Shown: positions 48,784 through 59,319, numbered from the stretch's first letter. The stretch is DNA of 64,000 bases from Vicinamibacterales bacterium (GCA_963784045.1 CAWAPZ010000003.1:174143-238142), one strand, 5' to 3'. The notes: a model not told the origin generated them from the sequence alone. Numbers and translations: made by a program.

Positions 48784-48785
48784 AG

Positions 48786-50390
48786 ATGAGGTTCCGGTTC
48801 CAATTCCTTTTCCTGTTCTGGTTGCTGATTCCGTGTTCCGGGTTCGCGGCCGCGCAGCCAAACGAGCGCGTGCTCGTCATTCCCTTTGAAAACCCCACGC
48901 GAGAGCCGCGGATCCTTTGGATCGGCGAGGCATCGGCGGTGTTGCTCGCCGACGATCTAAACGCCTTCGGTAAGCGCGCGTACACGCGGGAGGAACGTCT
49001 CGATGCCTTCCAGCGCCTGCAGGTGCCTCCCGTCGCCACATTGAGTCACGCCACGGTCATCCGGCTGGGACAAGTCGTGGGCGCGACGCATGTCGTCATC
49101 GGCTCGTTCCGGTTGAACGGTGGAATGATTTCGGTGCGCACCCAGAATATCCGGCTCGACACCGGCCGGATGGAGCACGAATTCGTCGAAGCCGGACCGC
49201 TCGAAGATCTGTTTGCCATTTTCGGGCGCGTCAGCCGGCGCCTCGCGGGCCAGCCTGTGTCAGACGCACCGCCGCCGCGGCCGGCGCTGCCGGTGTTCGA
49301 GAACTACATCAAAGGGCTCATCGCGACGTCGACGGCGGCGAAAATCGGCTATCTCGAAGCGGCTATCAAGGTCGATCCCGGATTCGATCGTGCGCGCCTG
49401 GCGCTGTGGAACGTGCAGTATGACGACGCGAACGGACAGGCCGCCCTGGTCGCCGCGGCGGCGGTGGCGGAGACCTCTCCGATGTACGCGCCTGCGCGGT
49501 TCAGCGTGGCGCTGTCGCTGATCCAGCTCAATCGCCTGGACGATGCGTTTGCCACGCTGAGAACGCTCGCCGATCGTGCGCCGTCGGCGACATTGATGAA
49601 CAACATCGGCGTCATCCAGTTGCGGCGGCCCGTCACGCCGGAGACCGGCCGCGCGACGTATTACTTCAATCAGGCATTGAAGCTCGACCAAGACGATCAG
49701 GACTACTACTTCAATCTCGGGTACGCCTACTGGGCCGAGAAGGATGCGGCGTCCGCGACCTTCTGGTTGCGCGAGGCTGTCCGCCGCGATCCGGCGGATG
49801 GAGAAGCGCATGCCGTGCTCGCCGCCGCGCTGCAGGCAACCGGCGCGGCCGCCGAGGCAGCGCGCGAGCGCGAGCTCGCTACACAGTTGTCCTCGACGTA
49901 CGCCGAGTGGGCGAAGAGACCGGCTACTCCGGGCGGCGAGACTATCCCACGCAGGCTCGAGCGGCTCAAGCTATCGTTGGAGGTCTCCACGCTCCACAGA
50001 ATCGACAACGCGATAGCGATTACGGGCCAGCGCGAGCAAAAAGAGCTTGCGGCCTTTCATCTCGATCGCGGGCGGAGGCTGTTCGAGCAGGGCAGCAACA
50101 CCGAAGCCGTCACCGAGCTGTCTCGCGCGATCTATCTGTCGCCGTACGAGGCCGCGGCGCACCTGCTGCTCGGTCGCATTCATCTGAGAACGGGCGAGAC
50201 TGCGGCGGCCATCGGCGCGTTCAAGATCGCGCTGTGGAGCCAGGAATCGGTCGAGGGGCGCATCGCGCTGGCCCAGGCCCATCTCCAGATGAAGGATACG
50301 GCCGGCGCCCGCTCGGCGCTCGAGCGCGCGCTGTCGCTCGATCCGAATTCCTCCGAAGCCAGGGAGTTACTCGGTAAACTGGCACCGTGA
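48786..50390 (+). CDS. TPR-repeat protein with signal peptide
   Basis: Signal MRFRFQFLFLFWLLIPCSGFAAAQ. Multiple TPR-like A..Y..A....P pairs. Confidence 0.75.
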   Translation: MRFRFQFLFLFWLLIPCSGFAAAQPNERVLVIPFENPTREPRILWIGEASAVLLADDLNAFGKRAYTREERLDAFQRLQVPPVATLSHATVIRLGQVVGATHVVIGSFRLNGGMISVRTQNIRLDTGRMEHEFVEAGPLEDLFAIFGRVSRRLAGQPVSDAPPPRPALPVFENYIKGLIATSTAAKIGYLEAAIKVDPGFDRARLALWNVQYDDANGQAALVAAAAVAETSPMYAPARFSVALSLIQLNRLDDAFATLRTLADRAPSATLMNNIGVIQLRRPVTPETGRATYYFNQALKLDQDDQDYYFNLGYAYWAEKDAASATFWLREAVRRDPADGEAHAVLAAALQATGAAAEAARERELATQLSSTYAEWAKRPATPGGETIPRRLERLKLSLEVSTLHRIDNAIAITGQREQKELAAFHLDRGRRLFEQGSNTEAVTELSRAIYLSPYEAAAHLLLGRIHLRTGETAAAIGAFKIALWSQESVEGRIALAQAHLQMKDTAGARSALERALSLDPNSSEARELLGKLAP

Positions 50391-51727
50391 TGGGTCTGCC
50401 GACACGCGGTTCCAGGCGCTGGGCACTGGGTGCTGCGGTTCTGGTTCTGACGTCGGCTCCAGCGGCCCAGCCGGCACGGTCGCCCGCGCAGGGTTCGCCC
50501 AGGCCGGTCGTCTACTCGGCCGAAGTCGATAGCATCATTCATCCCGCCTCGGCCCGCTACATGATCGACACAATCGATCGTGCTGACGAAGCGAATGCCG
50601 CACTTCTGGTGTTCACGCTGCGCACGCCCGGCGGCCTCGTCGACTCGACGCGCGACATCGTCACGAAGATGATCGCCGCCAAGACCCCGATCGTGGTCTT
50701 CGTTGCGCCGTCGGGGGCGCGGGCGGCGTCAGCGGGATTCATCCTCACGATTGCCGCAGACGTCGCCGCGATGGCGCCCGGAACGCACATCGGCGCCGCG
50801 CATCCGGTTGGTGGCGACGGCGCGCTCATGGATGAGACGACGTCGAAGAAGGCGGCGGAAGATGTCGCGGCGTACGTGCGCACGATAGCCGGCCCTCGTG
50901 GCCGCAACGCGCAACTGGCTGAGCAGGCGGTGCTGCAGAGCAAAGCGTTCACCGACGACGAAGCGATCAAGGCGACGCCGCCGTTGATCGACGTCGTGGC
51001 CACTAGCCTTGACGATTTGTTGAAGAAGCTCGACGGCCGCTCGGTCACGCGGTTCGACGGTCGCATCGCTACGCTCCGCACGGTATCGGCGACCGTTGTG
51101 CCGATCCAGATGACACTGCGGCAGCGCATCCTCAGCGCAATCGCCCACCCGAACATCGCGTATATCCTTTTGAGCCTGGGCACGCTTGGATTGACTATCG
51201 AGCTGTGGAGTCCTGGTGCAGTCCTGCCCGGCGTGGTCGGTGGCCTGTCGCTGCTGCTCGCGTTTTTCGCGCTCCAAGTGCTGCCCATCAACTTCGCCGG
51301 CTTGCTGCTGATGCTCTTTGGGCTGCTCCTTTTCGCGCTCGAGATCAAAGTGACCAGTTACGGGCTGCTCACTGTGGGCGGCATCATCAGTCTGATCTTC
51401 GGATCATTGATGCTGATCGATTCGCCCGCGCCGGAGCTTCAGCTCAGCCTGGCGCTCGTGGTCTCGGTAGTGCTAGGGTTCACAGCCATCGCCGCATTTC
51501 TGGTACGTCTCGCGCTGGCCTCCCGGCAGGGTGCGCCGGTGACCGGCGCCGAAGGGTTGATCGGCGAGCGCGGCCTCGCGCTCGAATCGCTCGGCCCGGG
51601 AATGCGCGGCCGGGTCCGAGTACACGGCGAGATCTGGGCGGCAATCGCCGGCGAACCGATCGTCGACGGCGCCCCGATAACAGTCACGAATGTCGACGGG
51701 TTGACGTTGACCGTCCGGAAGCCATGA
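50387..51727 (+). CDS. Membrane-bound NfeD-family serine protease (ClpP-like domain, TM segments and a C-terminal OB domain)
   Basis: 446 aa. ClpP-class domain (PSGARAASAGFIL), four TM helices, and an NfeD C-terminal beta domain. Upstream of an SPFH gene. Confidence 0.85.
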   Translation: MMGLPTRGSRRWALGAAVLVLTSAPAAQPARSPAQGSPRPVVYSAEVDSIIHPASARYMIDTIDRADEANAALLVFTLRTPGGLVDSTRDIVTKMIAAKTPIVVFVAPSGARAASAGFILTIAADVAAMAPGTHIGAAHPVGGDGALMDETTSKKAAEDVAAYVRTIAGPRGRNAQLAEQAVLQSKAFTDDEAIKATPPLIDVVATSLDDLLKKLDGRSVTRFDGRIATLRTVSATVVPIQMTLRQRILSAIAHPNIAYILLSLGTLGLTIELWSPGAVLPGVVGGLSLLLAFFALQVLPINFAGLLLMLFGLLLFALEIKVTSYGLLTVGGIISLIFGSLMLIDSPAPELQLSLALVVSVVLGFTAIAAFLVRLALASRQGAPVTGAEGLIGERGLALESLGPGMRGRVRVHGEIWAAIAGEPIVDGAPITVTNVDGLTLTVRKP

Positions 51728-51736
51728 GGCACAGCC

Positions 51737-52510
51737 ATGTTGTTTGACCTCTCACCGGTGCTGATCGTTCTGTTCATCTTCGTCGTGTACCTTCTGATGT
51801 CGATCAACATCCTGAACGAGTACGAGCGCGGCGTGATCTTTCGCCTCGGCAAGCTGCTGCCGCAGCCGAAAGGCCCGGGCGTCGTTCTGGTGTTTGCGCC
51901 GCTCGACCGCATCGTACGGGTAAGCCTGCGGACCGTCGTCATGGACGTGCCGCCGCAGGACGTCATCACGCGCGACAACGTCTCGGTAAAAGTGAATGCG
52001 GTGGTCTATTTTCGCGTTATCGATCCGCGGCGGGCAATCGTGGAGGTCGAGAGTTACCACTACGCAACCTCGCAGCTCGCCCAGACGACGCTGAGAAGCG
52101 TCCTGGGCCAAGTTGAGATGGACGAGCTGTTGTCGGAGCGCGAGCGCTTGAATCAGCAGCTGCAGCAGATTCTCGATCAGCATACCGATCCATGGGGCAT
52201 CAAGGTGTCGTCGGTCGAGGTGAAGCACGTCGATCTGCCGCCCGATATGCAGCGCGCGATGGCGCGGCAGGCCGAAGCCGAGCGCGAGAAGCGTGCTAAA
52301 ATCATCCACGCAGCGGGCGAACTGGAAGCCTCGGAGAAGTTGTCCCAGGCCGCTGTCATAATCGCCTCCGAGCCCGTCGCGATTACACTGCGATATCTTC
52401 AGACGCTGACGGAAATTGCTGCCGAGAAAAATTCAACGATCGTCTTCCCTCTGCCGATCGAGATGATGCATCTGTTGAAACAGATCACCGGAGTGGAGAA
52501 GAAACCGTGA
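51737..52510 (+). CDS. SPFH/band-7 (stomatin-like) protein
   Basis: [28 protein letters not shown] and [12 protein letters not shown]. Confidence 0.9.
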   Translation: MLFDLSPVLIVLFIFVVYLLMSINILNEYERGVIFRLGKLLPQPKGPGVVLVFAPLDRIVRVSLRTVVMDVPPQDVITRDNVSVKVNAVVYFRVIDPRRAIVEVESYHYATSQLAQTTLRSVLGQVEMDELLSERERLNQQLQQILDQHTDPWGIKVSSVEVKHVDLPPDMQRAMARQAEAEREKRAKIIHAAGELEASEKLSQAAVIIASEPVAITLRYLQTLTEIAAEKNSTIVFPLPIEMMHLLKQITGVEKKP

Positions 52511-53277
52511 ACGACGAAGGCTTTCGCGAAATACAGCTGAACGGCAAGCAGCTGATCTTTCTGTTCATGGCCGTGACGGTCGTGCTGGTTGTCACGTTTC
52601 TTTTCGGCGTCCTCGTTGGTCGTGGTGTGCGCGAAGGCGGAGCGTCCCAGATTGCGAGCAGCGACATCGCATCCGATCCCGGCCTCGTTCCGGCATCAGA
52701 GCAGGCAGACCCGCCGCCCGCCGCCGGGGGCGCGGCAGCTCCCGCGCCGCCCGCAGAGGAGCTCAGTTACGCTGACCGTCTCCTGCGCGATTCGGCTCCG
52801 CCAGAGACGCTGAAACCCGCGGCCCAGCCTACTCCCGCGCCGGTCATTCAGGAGCCGGTGTCTCAGAAGGCTCCGGTTCCGCCTCCGCCGGCAACGGCCC
52901 CTAAGCAGCCCGCACCGGCACCCGCACCTGCTGCCGCACCTAGCGACCGTACACCCACGACTGCCACTTCCGGGTCTCAAAATGCGCCGGTGACGCCGGC
53001 TCCTGCGCTCGAGACGGCCGCAAAGGCGTCCGATCCCTCCGGCCCGGGCTTTGCAGTGCAAGTGGGCGCGTACAAGGATCGTCGTGATGCGGACGGCCTG
53101 GCGAAGCAGTTGGCGGCCAAAGGCTATCCGGCGTTCGTCATGGATCCAGTGAAAGGCACATCCACGGTCCTATTCAGAGTACGCATCGGCAAGTACAAGA
53201 CTCTGAAGGACGCCGAGGCGGTTGAGAGCCGGCTCCAGACTTCGGAGCAGCTCAAAAACCTCTGGATTGCCCGGTAA
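52507..53277 (+). CDS. SPOR-domain protein (TM anchor, Pro/Ala-rich linker, C-terminal SPOR)
   Basis: C-terminal [30 protein letters not shown]...[17 protein letters not shown]. Confidence 0.8.
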   Translation: MNDEGFREIQLNGKQLIFLFMAVTVVLVVTFLFGVLVGRGVREGGASQIASSDIASDPGLVPASEQADPPPAAGGAAAPAPPAEELSYADRLLRDSAPPETLKPAAQPTPAPVIQEPVSQKAPVPPPPATAPKQPAPAPAPAAAPSDRTPTTATSGSQNAPVTPAPALETAAKASDPSGPGFAVQVGAYKDRRDADGLAKQLAAKGYPAFVMDPVKGTSTVLFRVRIGKYKTLKDAEAVESRLQTSEQLKNLWIAR

Positions 53278-53285
53278 ATGGAGGC

Positions 53286-54995
53286 ATGAAGCCACTACGA
53301 CTACTGCTGGTTGAGGATTCGGAAGCCGACGCGACACTCCTCATAGAGTACTTGCGGCAAGGGGGATACGAGCCGGCCGTCACTCGTGTCGAGTCCGCGA
53401 AGGCCCTCAACCGGGCTCTCGACGGGCAAGACTGGGATCTGGTGATCGCCGATTACACGATGCCCGGCTTCAGCGGGTCCGCGGCCCTCACGATCGTCCG
53501 CGATCGTGGTCTGGAAGTGCCTTTCATTTTCGTGTCCGGCACCATCGGCGAAGAAATCGCCGTCGAGGCGATGAAGAATGGCGCCGACGACTACATCATC
53601 AAGAACAACCTCAACCGGCTGATTCCCGCGATCAACCGCGAACTGCGTGACGCTGATGTTCGCCGCGAGCGTTCGAAAGCCGAAGAGCGCATCCGCCATC
53701 TGGCGTACTACGACAGCCTCACCGACCTGCCGAACCGCACGCTGTTTCAGAACCGGCTCGAGATGGCGGTCGCGAATGCGGTGCGCACGCGCAATCCCTT
53801 GTCGGTGTTGATCATGGACCTCGATGGGTTCAAAGAGATCAACGACACGATGGGGCACTTGATGGGTGATGCCGTGCTTCGCGAGATTGGCCGTCGGCTG
53901 CAGACGGGCCTGCGCGAGTGCGATACGGTCGCGCGTCTCGGCGGCGATGAGTTCGCATTGATGCTGCCGGGTGTCGGACAGCCAGGCGCCGAACTGGCGG
54001 CGCGCAAGCTGATTGCCGCCGTGCAGGAACCTCTTACCATCGAAGGGCTCAACCTCGACGTACACGGCAGCGTGGGGATTGCGATCGCGCCGGAGCATGG
54101 CTCTGAGGGCGAAGTGCTGGTGCAGCGAGCCGACGTGGCGATGTACGTCGCGAAGGAGGATCGATCGGGCTGCGTTGTGTATGCGCCAGAGCTCGATCGG
54201 CACAGCCCCGAGCGCCTCGCGTTGATGGGCGATTTCCGTCATGCCATTTCGCGCGACGAGCTGCGCGTGGTGTACCAGCCGAAGCTCAACTTGAAGACGC
54301 GCCAGATTTTCGGCGTCGAGGCACTGGTGCGCTGGCAGCACCCGCAGCTTGGCTTCATACTTCCCGATCGTTTCATTCCCATGGCCGAGCAGACCGGCGC
54401 GGTCCGGCCGCTCACCTTGTGGATGCTCGAGCGTGCCGTGCAGCAGTGCCTCGAATGGAAGAAGCTCGGCCACGCTCTCGTCGCTGCGGTGAATCTTTCG
54501 CCGCGCAATCTGCACGATCCGGAGCTGCCGGAGCGCGTCCGTGCGCTGCTCGACGTGTTGGGCGCACCGGCAGCGATGCTCGAGCTGGAAATCACCGAGA
54601 GCGTGATCATGTCGGATCCACTCCGATCGCTCCAGGTACTCACCCGACTGAGCAAAATGGGATTGCGGTTGGCAGTCGATGATTTCGGCACGGGCTACTC
54701 GTCATTCAGCTACCTGCGCAAGCTGCCCGTGCACGAAATCAAGATTGACAAGTCGTTCATCGACGACATGGTGGAAGACGGGGATGAGGTGATCGTGCAA
54801 TCGACGATCGATCTCGCGCATAACCTCGGCTTGACGTGCGTGGCCGAAGGAGTGCAGGACGAGGTCACGCTCGAGCGGCTCGCAAAGCTCGGCTGCGATA
54901 CCGCGCAGGGGGACTTCATTTCTCCGCCGCTTGACGGCCCGGGTGTCACCGACTGGCTGCGCCAGCGCGGACCCGGCCGGGTGACGCAGCCCTGA
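53286..54995 (+). CDS. Response regulator with GGDEF and EAL domains (c-di-GMP turnover)
   Basis: REC domain (LLLVEDSEADA...DLVIADYTMPG), an intact GGDEF motif (RLGGDEFALML), and an intact EAL motif (FGVEALVRW, DDFGTGYSS). Confidence 0.9.
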   Translation: MKPLRLLLVEDSEADATLLIEYLRQGGYEPAVTRVESAKALNRALDGQDWDLVIADYTMPGFSGSAALTIVRDRGLEVPFIFVSGTIGEEIAVEAMKNGADDYIIKNNLNRLIPAINRELRDADVRRERSKAEERIRHLAYYDSLTDLPNRTLFQNRLEMAVANAVRTRNPLSVLIMDLDGFKEINDTMGHLMGDAVLREIGRRLQTGLRECDTVARLGGDEFALMLPGVGQPGAELAARKLIAAVQEPLTIEGLNLDVHGSVGIAIAPEHGSEGEVLVQRADVAMYVAKEDRSGCVVYAPELDRHSPERLALMGDFRHAISRDELRVVYQPKLNLKTRQIFGVEALVRWQHPQLGFILPDRFIPMAEQTGAVRPLTLWMLERAVQQCLEWKKLGHALVAAVNLSPRNLHDPELPERVRALLDVLGAPAAMLELEITESVIMSDPLRSLQVLTRLSKMGLRLAVDDFGTGYSSFSYLRKLPVHEIKIDKSFIDDMVEDGDEVIVQSTIDLAHNLGLTCVAEGVQDEVTLERLAKLGCDTAQGDFISPPLDGPGVTDWLRQRGPGRVTQP

Positions 54996-55117
54996 TCCTT
55001 CCGGCTCCGCGCGCAGCGCCACGGCGGGACCTCGCCGACGCTTTAGCAAAGGCGGGCGCCTCGGGTATTCTCCTCGCGCTCAGCTTCCCGCGATATGGTC
55101 AGCCGGCGCTCGCGTGG

Positions 55118-56551
55118 GTGGCGTTGGCGCCGCTCATCGTGGCGCTGTTTGCGTCACCGCAGGGCTTTCGAAGGGGGCGGGCGTTTCTGCTCGGCTTTAT
55201 CGCCGGACTCGGGTATTTCGGCGGAACGGTCTACTGGACAGGCACGGTTGTTACGCAGTTCGGCGGCCTGGCCTGGCCGGTTGGCGTCATCGTCGGGGCC
55301 TTCCTCGTCGCCTACCTCGCACTGTTTCCAGCGTTGTTCTCGCTCTGCCTTGATTGGCTGAGGTCCCGGTACGGCGATCGCGCCATCCTGCTTGCGCCCG
55401 CGGTGTGGGTGACGACCGAGCTGGGGCGGACGTACTTCTGGAGCGGCTTCCCCTGGCTGCTGCTGGGTTACAGCCAGACGACCGTGCTGCCAATCGCGCA
55501 ATTCGCGAGCGTGGCCGGGGTGTTTGGGCTGTCGGCGCTCGTCGCGCTCGTGAGCACGGCCCTCGCCTGCCTTGTCGTGTCACGCTCGGTCAATTCGATT
55601 GTCGTCGTGGGTGCGACTGCCGTGGCAGTGATCGCTCTCACGGCATGGGGTCACCGGCGCATAGAAAACGACGGGCTCGCGCAGCGGGGTCGCCAGGTCC
55701 GGGTCGCGCTCATCCAGGGAAACATCCCTCAAGATCAGAAGTGGGACGCGGCGCACGCGGACAGCATACTGAATACGTACCTCTCAATGACGCGCGAGGC
55801 GGCCGGCCGCGGGGCGCAACTCGTCATCTGGCCCGAGTCGTCTACGCCGTTTCCCTTCCTCGATAACAAGGGCGGAGGCGAACGGATCCGTTCGCTCGTG
55901 CGGGAGACCGGAATCGAGCTGCTGCTCGGCAGCGATCAGGTCGATCATCAGACTCGGGCGTACTACAACGCGGCGTTTCTGGTCCGGAAGGACGGCGACG
56001 TCGCCGGCGTGTACCAGAAGATGCACCTGGTGCCGTTCGGCGAGTTCGTCCCGCTTCAACAGCTCTTGTTTTTCGTCGGACCGCTTGTGGAACAAGTGGG
56101 TGGCTTTACGCCAGGCCGGGACATGGTGATGCTGCGGACGACTAACGGCCCCATAGGTACCGCCATCTGCTACGAGATTGTATTTCCTCGGCTGGTGGGT
56201 GAGTCGGTGTCGCGCGGCAGCCAGCTCCTCACCACGATTACCAACGACGCGTGGTACGGCCGGTCGTCTGCGCCCTATCAGCACTTTCTGCAGGCGTCGA
56301 TGCGGGCGATCGAGCAGGGGCGGTATCTTGCGCGTGCCGCCAATACCGGCATCACAGGGTTCGTCGATCCATATGGGCGAATCGTCGACAAGACTGAGAT
56401 TTTCGAGCGCGCCATCCTGATCGGCGACGTGCGCATGCTCGAAGAGCGCACGTTTTATGGCAGAATCGGAGACCTGTTCGCATACATCCTGGCGGCGCTG
56501 ACGACCGTCGCGCTGCTGTTCGCCCCTCGACGGCGCTCGGGGCAGTCCTGA
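55118..56551 (+). CDS. lnt: Apolipoprotein N-acyltransferase. The GTG-start model is given here; the conserved N-terminus continues upstream (see findings).
   Basis: Polytopic N-terminal domain (GFPWLLLGYSQ) and a C-terminal nitrilase-like domain (WPES, ICYE). Confidence 0.88.
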   Translation: MALAPLIVALFASPQGFRRGRAFLLGFIAGLGYFGGTVYWTGTVVTQFGGLAWPVGVIVGAFLVAYLALFPALFSLCLDWLRSRYGDRAILLAPAVWVTTELGRTYFWSGFPWLLLGYSQTTVLPIAQFASVAGVFGLSALVALVSTALACLVVSRSVNSIVVVGATAVAVIALTAWGHRRIENDGLAQRGRQVRVALIQGNIPQDQKWDAAHADSILNTYLSMTREAAGRGAQLVIWPESSTPFPFLDNKGGGERIRSLVRETGIELLLGSDQVDHQTRAYYNAAFLVRKDGDVAGVYQKMHLVPFGEFVPLQQLLFFVGPLVEQVGGFTPGRDMVMLRTTNGPIGTAICYEIVFPRLVGESVSRGSQLLTTITNDAWYGRSSAPYQHFLQASMRAIEQGRYLARAANTGITGFVDPYGRIVDKTEIFERAILIGDVRMLEERTFYGRIGDLFAYILAALTTVALLFAPRRRSGQS

Positions 56552-56579
56552 GCCGCGTAGACGGACGCTGGAGGCATTC

Positions 56580-57717
56580 GTGGCCATCGCACTCGATGAT
56601 TTGACCCGCAAATATCAGGACCTCGTGAAGCGCGCCGCCGATCTCCGGAGTTATCTTTGAGGCCGCTCGCCCCGGTGACGAGCTCGCACAGATAGAAGCC
56701 CGCGCATCGGCGCCAGATTTCTGGAACAACCAGATCGAAGCGCAGAAGATCCTTCAGCGCCGGCGGCGCGTCGAGGAAGAAGTCGAGCTGATCGCCGCGC
56801 TCGCAGCGAAAACAGACGACCTGGGTGTGCTCATCGACTGGGCCGGCCAGGGTGAAGACGTGTTTGCTGAGCTATCGGCCGGCCTCGAGCAGCTCGCCGG
56901 CCTCGTCGAAGGCGGGGAGATCAAGAAGATGCTCGGCGGCGAGCACGACAGGAAGAACGCCATCATCACGATTCATCCGGGCGCCGGAGGAACGGAGTCG
57001 CAGGACTGGGCCGAGATGTTGCTGCGGATGTATATGCGATGGATCGAGCGGCGAGGGTTCAAGCGCGATGTCATCGACTATCAGCCGGGTGACGAGGCCG
57101 GTCTCAAAAGCGCGACGGTGACTGTGCAGGGCGAGTTTGCATTCGGTTTGCTCTCGGCCGAGGCAGGCGTGCATCGGCTCGTGCGCATCTCGCCGTTCGA
57201 CTCCGCCGCACGCCGCCACACGTCGTTCGCCTCCGTCTATGTATGGCCGGAGCTGCCGGAGGACGAGGACATTGTCATCGACGACAAGGACATCCGCATC
57301 GACACGTTTCGGTCGAGCGGCGCCGGCGGCCAGCACGTCAACGTGACCGATTCGGCCATTCGCATCACGCACCTGCCGACCGGCATCGTCGTATCGTGCC
57401 AGAACGAACGGTCGCAGCATCGTAACAAGGATTCCGCGATGCGGGTGCTGAAAGCGCGCCTGTTCGATATCAAGATGAAGGAGCAGCAGTCAAAGCTCGA
57501 TCAGATCGGCGGCGCGAAAAAAGAAATCGCGTTCGGCCATCAGATTCGCAGCTACGTGCTGCATCCCTATCAGATCGTGAAGGACCACCGCACGAAGTTC
57601 GACATCGGCGATCCCGGCCGCGTCCTCGACGGCGATCTGGATCCGTTCATCAAGGCGTACCTGATGCAGAAGGCATCCGGTACGTTAGGGCAGCCTTCGG
57701 CGGAGGACGACGAGTAA
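56580..57717 (+). CDS. prfB: Peptide chain release factor 2, expressed via a programmed +1 frameshift: join(56580..56657, 56659..57717)
   Basis: GTG 56580 follows GGAGG. Frame-0 ORF of 26 codons ends CGG AGT TAT CTT TGA G. The +1 frame continues with DFWNN..., SPF-type domain 2, and GGQHVN (GGQ). Confidence 0.92.
56646..56661 (+). promoter_or_regulatory. prfB: RF2 programmed +1 frameshift site (SD-like GGAG, then UAU CUU UGA G)
   Basis: CGG AGT TAT CTT TGA G matches the canonical CUU UGA slippery/stop context with an upstream SD-like element. Confidence 0.85.
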
Positions 57718-57729
57718 ATTCAATATCCC

Positions 57730-57770
57730 ACCGCAAGGACGCCAAGACGCAACGAAACCTCATTGAGGAA
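57730..57770 (+). repeat. Short copy of the same element head (CACCGCAAGGACGCCAAGACGCAACGAAACCTCATTGAGGA)
   Basis: Shares the CACCGC-RRG-ACGC..ACGC head. Lies 12 nt after the prfB stop. Confidence 0.55.
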
Positions 57771-57780
57771 GAAGTCACCA

Positions 57781-59319
57781 CTACCGGCTCGGAGCGGGCA
57801 GGGAGTAGGACACTGCTGCGCCAGGTCCGACCGGGATTTCGAGCGCAACCCAAATCGCGGTCAAGACAGCGCCGCCCAGATAGAACGCGATGCTCACGGG
57901 CAATACCAGCGCGAGCAACGTGCCAAGGCGGAAATCCGGAATCCAACGACGGCAGAAGGCGAGCGTCATCACAAAGTAAGGATTGAGCGGCGAGATCAGG
58001 TTGGTAACGGTGTCTCCGACCCGATACGCCGCTGTGGTCATTTCAGGAGAGATGCCCAGCAGCATCATCATCGGCGCCGCCACCGGCGCCATCGCCGTCC
58101 ACTTCGCCGAACCGGAAGCGATGAGAAAGTCGAGCCAGGCCGACATGGTCGTCAACATCGGCAGCAATAGCGCCGGCGGCGCATTCATGTCGCGGAGCTG
58201 CCTGGCGCCAACAATCGCGGTAATCGGGCCGAGATTCGACCAGCCGAACATCGCCACGAACTGAGCGGCGAAGAACACCAGTACCAGATAGGGCAACATC
58301 CCGGCTAGCCCCTTTTCCATCATCGCCACGATGTCGTGATGGGACCGGACCGTTCCCGTGGACGCGCCGTACGCCCATCCGCTGGCGAGGAAAAGCAACA
58401 GGAATGCGGGCGGCAGGCCCCGAAACAGCGGCGTGAGCCGCTGGCCGGGCGCCGCCGCTTCGTCATACAACGGCGTAAAGTTCGGCCAAAGTGCCAGCGC
58501 GGCGAATACTGCGAACACTGCCAGCGCGGTCAGCCCCGCCGCCCACAGCCCACGCCGTTCCACCTCCGTAAGCTGCGCAGCCTGACGTTCACACACTTCA
58601 GAGCCGTCACCGTGCCAGGCCCCGAGTCGCGGGGCGACGATGCGCTCTATGACGAACCAGCCCAGCGCGGTGAACACGACCGCAATCCCGATGCTGAACC
58701 ACCAGTTGCCCACCGGATTCATCGACCAGCCGGGCTCGATGAGGCGAGCCCCGGTTTCAGTGATGCCGAGAATCAACACATCGTACTGACCTGGCAGCAG
58801 ATTGCCCGCCAAACCGACGCACACGCCGGCAAAGCCAACCGTCACTCCCAGAACCGGGTGGCGTCCAGCGGCGGCAAAGGTGAGACCGGCCAACGGGACG
58901 AAGACGACATAGCCAGCATCGACTGCCTGGCAGGTCAGCATGCCGATCAACAGCGTTGCAGGTACCAAGGCCCATTCGGGGACGGCGTTGAGGGACGCGC
59001 GGATGAGCGCGGCGAACAGGCCGCTGCCTTCGGCCACCCCCGCGCCGAGCATGATCGTCAGCACCAAGCCCAGTGGCGCGAATCCCGTATAGGTGCGCGG
59101 GGTCTCCGCAATGATCAACTGCAGCGACTCTTCCGACAACAGACTCTTCACACTCAGCGTGTCGCCGGTGACGGGATTGATGGCCGACCAGCCGGCCGCC
59201 GCACCGACAGCGGACATCGCCATGAGGAGCGCGATCAAGCCGATGAAGATTACGACTGGATCGGGCAGGGCGTTGCCCAGCCGCTCCACTCCGTCCAAAA
59301 AGCGGCTGCGCTCCTGCAT
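57781..59319 (-). CDS. abgT: AbgT-family transporter (p-aminobenzoyl-glutamate / antimetabolite efflux family)
   Basis: 512 aa. FLDGVERLGNALPDPVVIF is the typical AbgT N-terminus. Polytopic. Confidence 0.88.
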   Translation of the reverse strand: MQERSRFLDGVERLGNALPDPVVIFIGLIALLMAMSAVGAAAGWSAINPVTGDTLSVKSLLSEESLQLIIAETPRTYTGFAPLGLVLTIMLGAGVAEGSGLFAALIRASLNAVPEWALVPATLLIGMLTCQAVDAGYVVFVPLAGLTFAAAGRHPVLGVTVGFAGVCVGLAGNLLPGQYDVLILGITETGARLIEPGWSMNPVGNWWFSIGIAVVFTALGWFVIERIVAPRLGAWHGDGSEVCERQAAQLTEVERRGLWAAGLTALAVFAVFAALALWPNFTPLYDEAAAPGQRLTPLFRGLPPAFLLLFLASGWAYGASTGTVRSHHDIVAMMEKGLAGMLPYLVLVFFAAQFVAMFGWSNLGPITAIVGARQLRDMNAPPALLLPMLTTMSAWLDFLIASGSAKWTAMAPVAAPMMMLLGISPEMTTAAYRVGDTVTNLISPLNPYFVMTLAFCRRWIPDFRLGTLLALVLPVSIAFYLGGAVLTAIWVALEIPVGPGAAVSYSLPAPSR

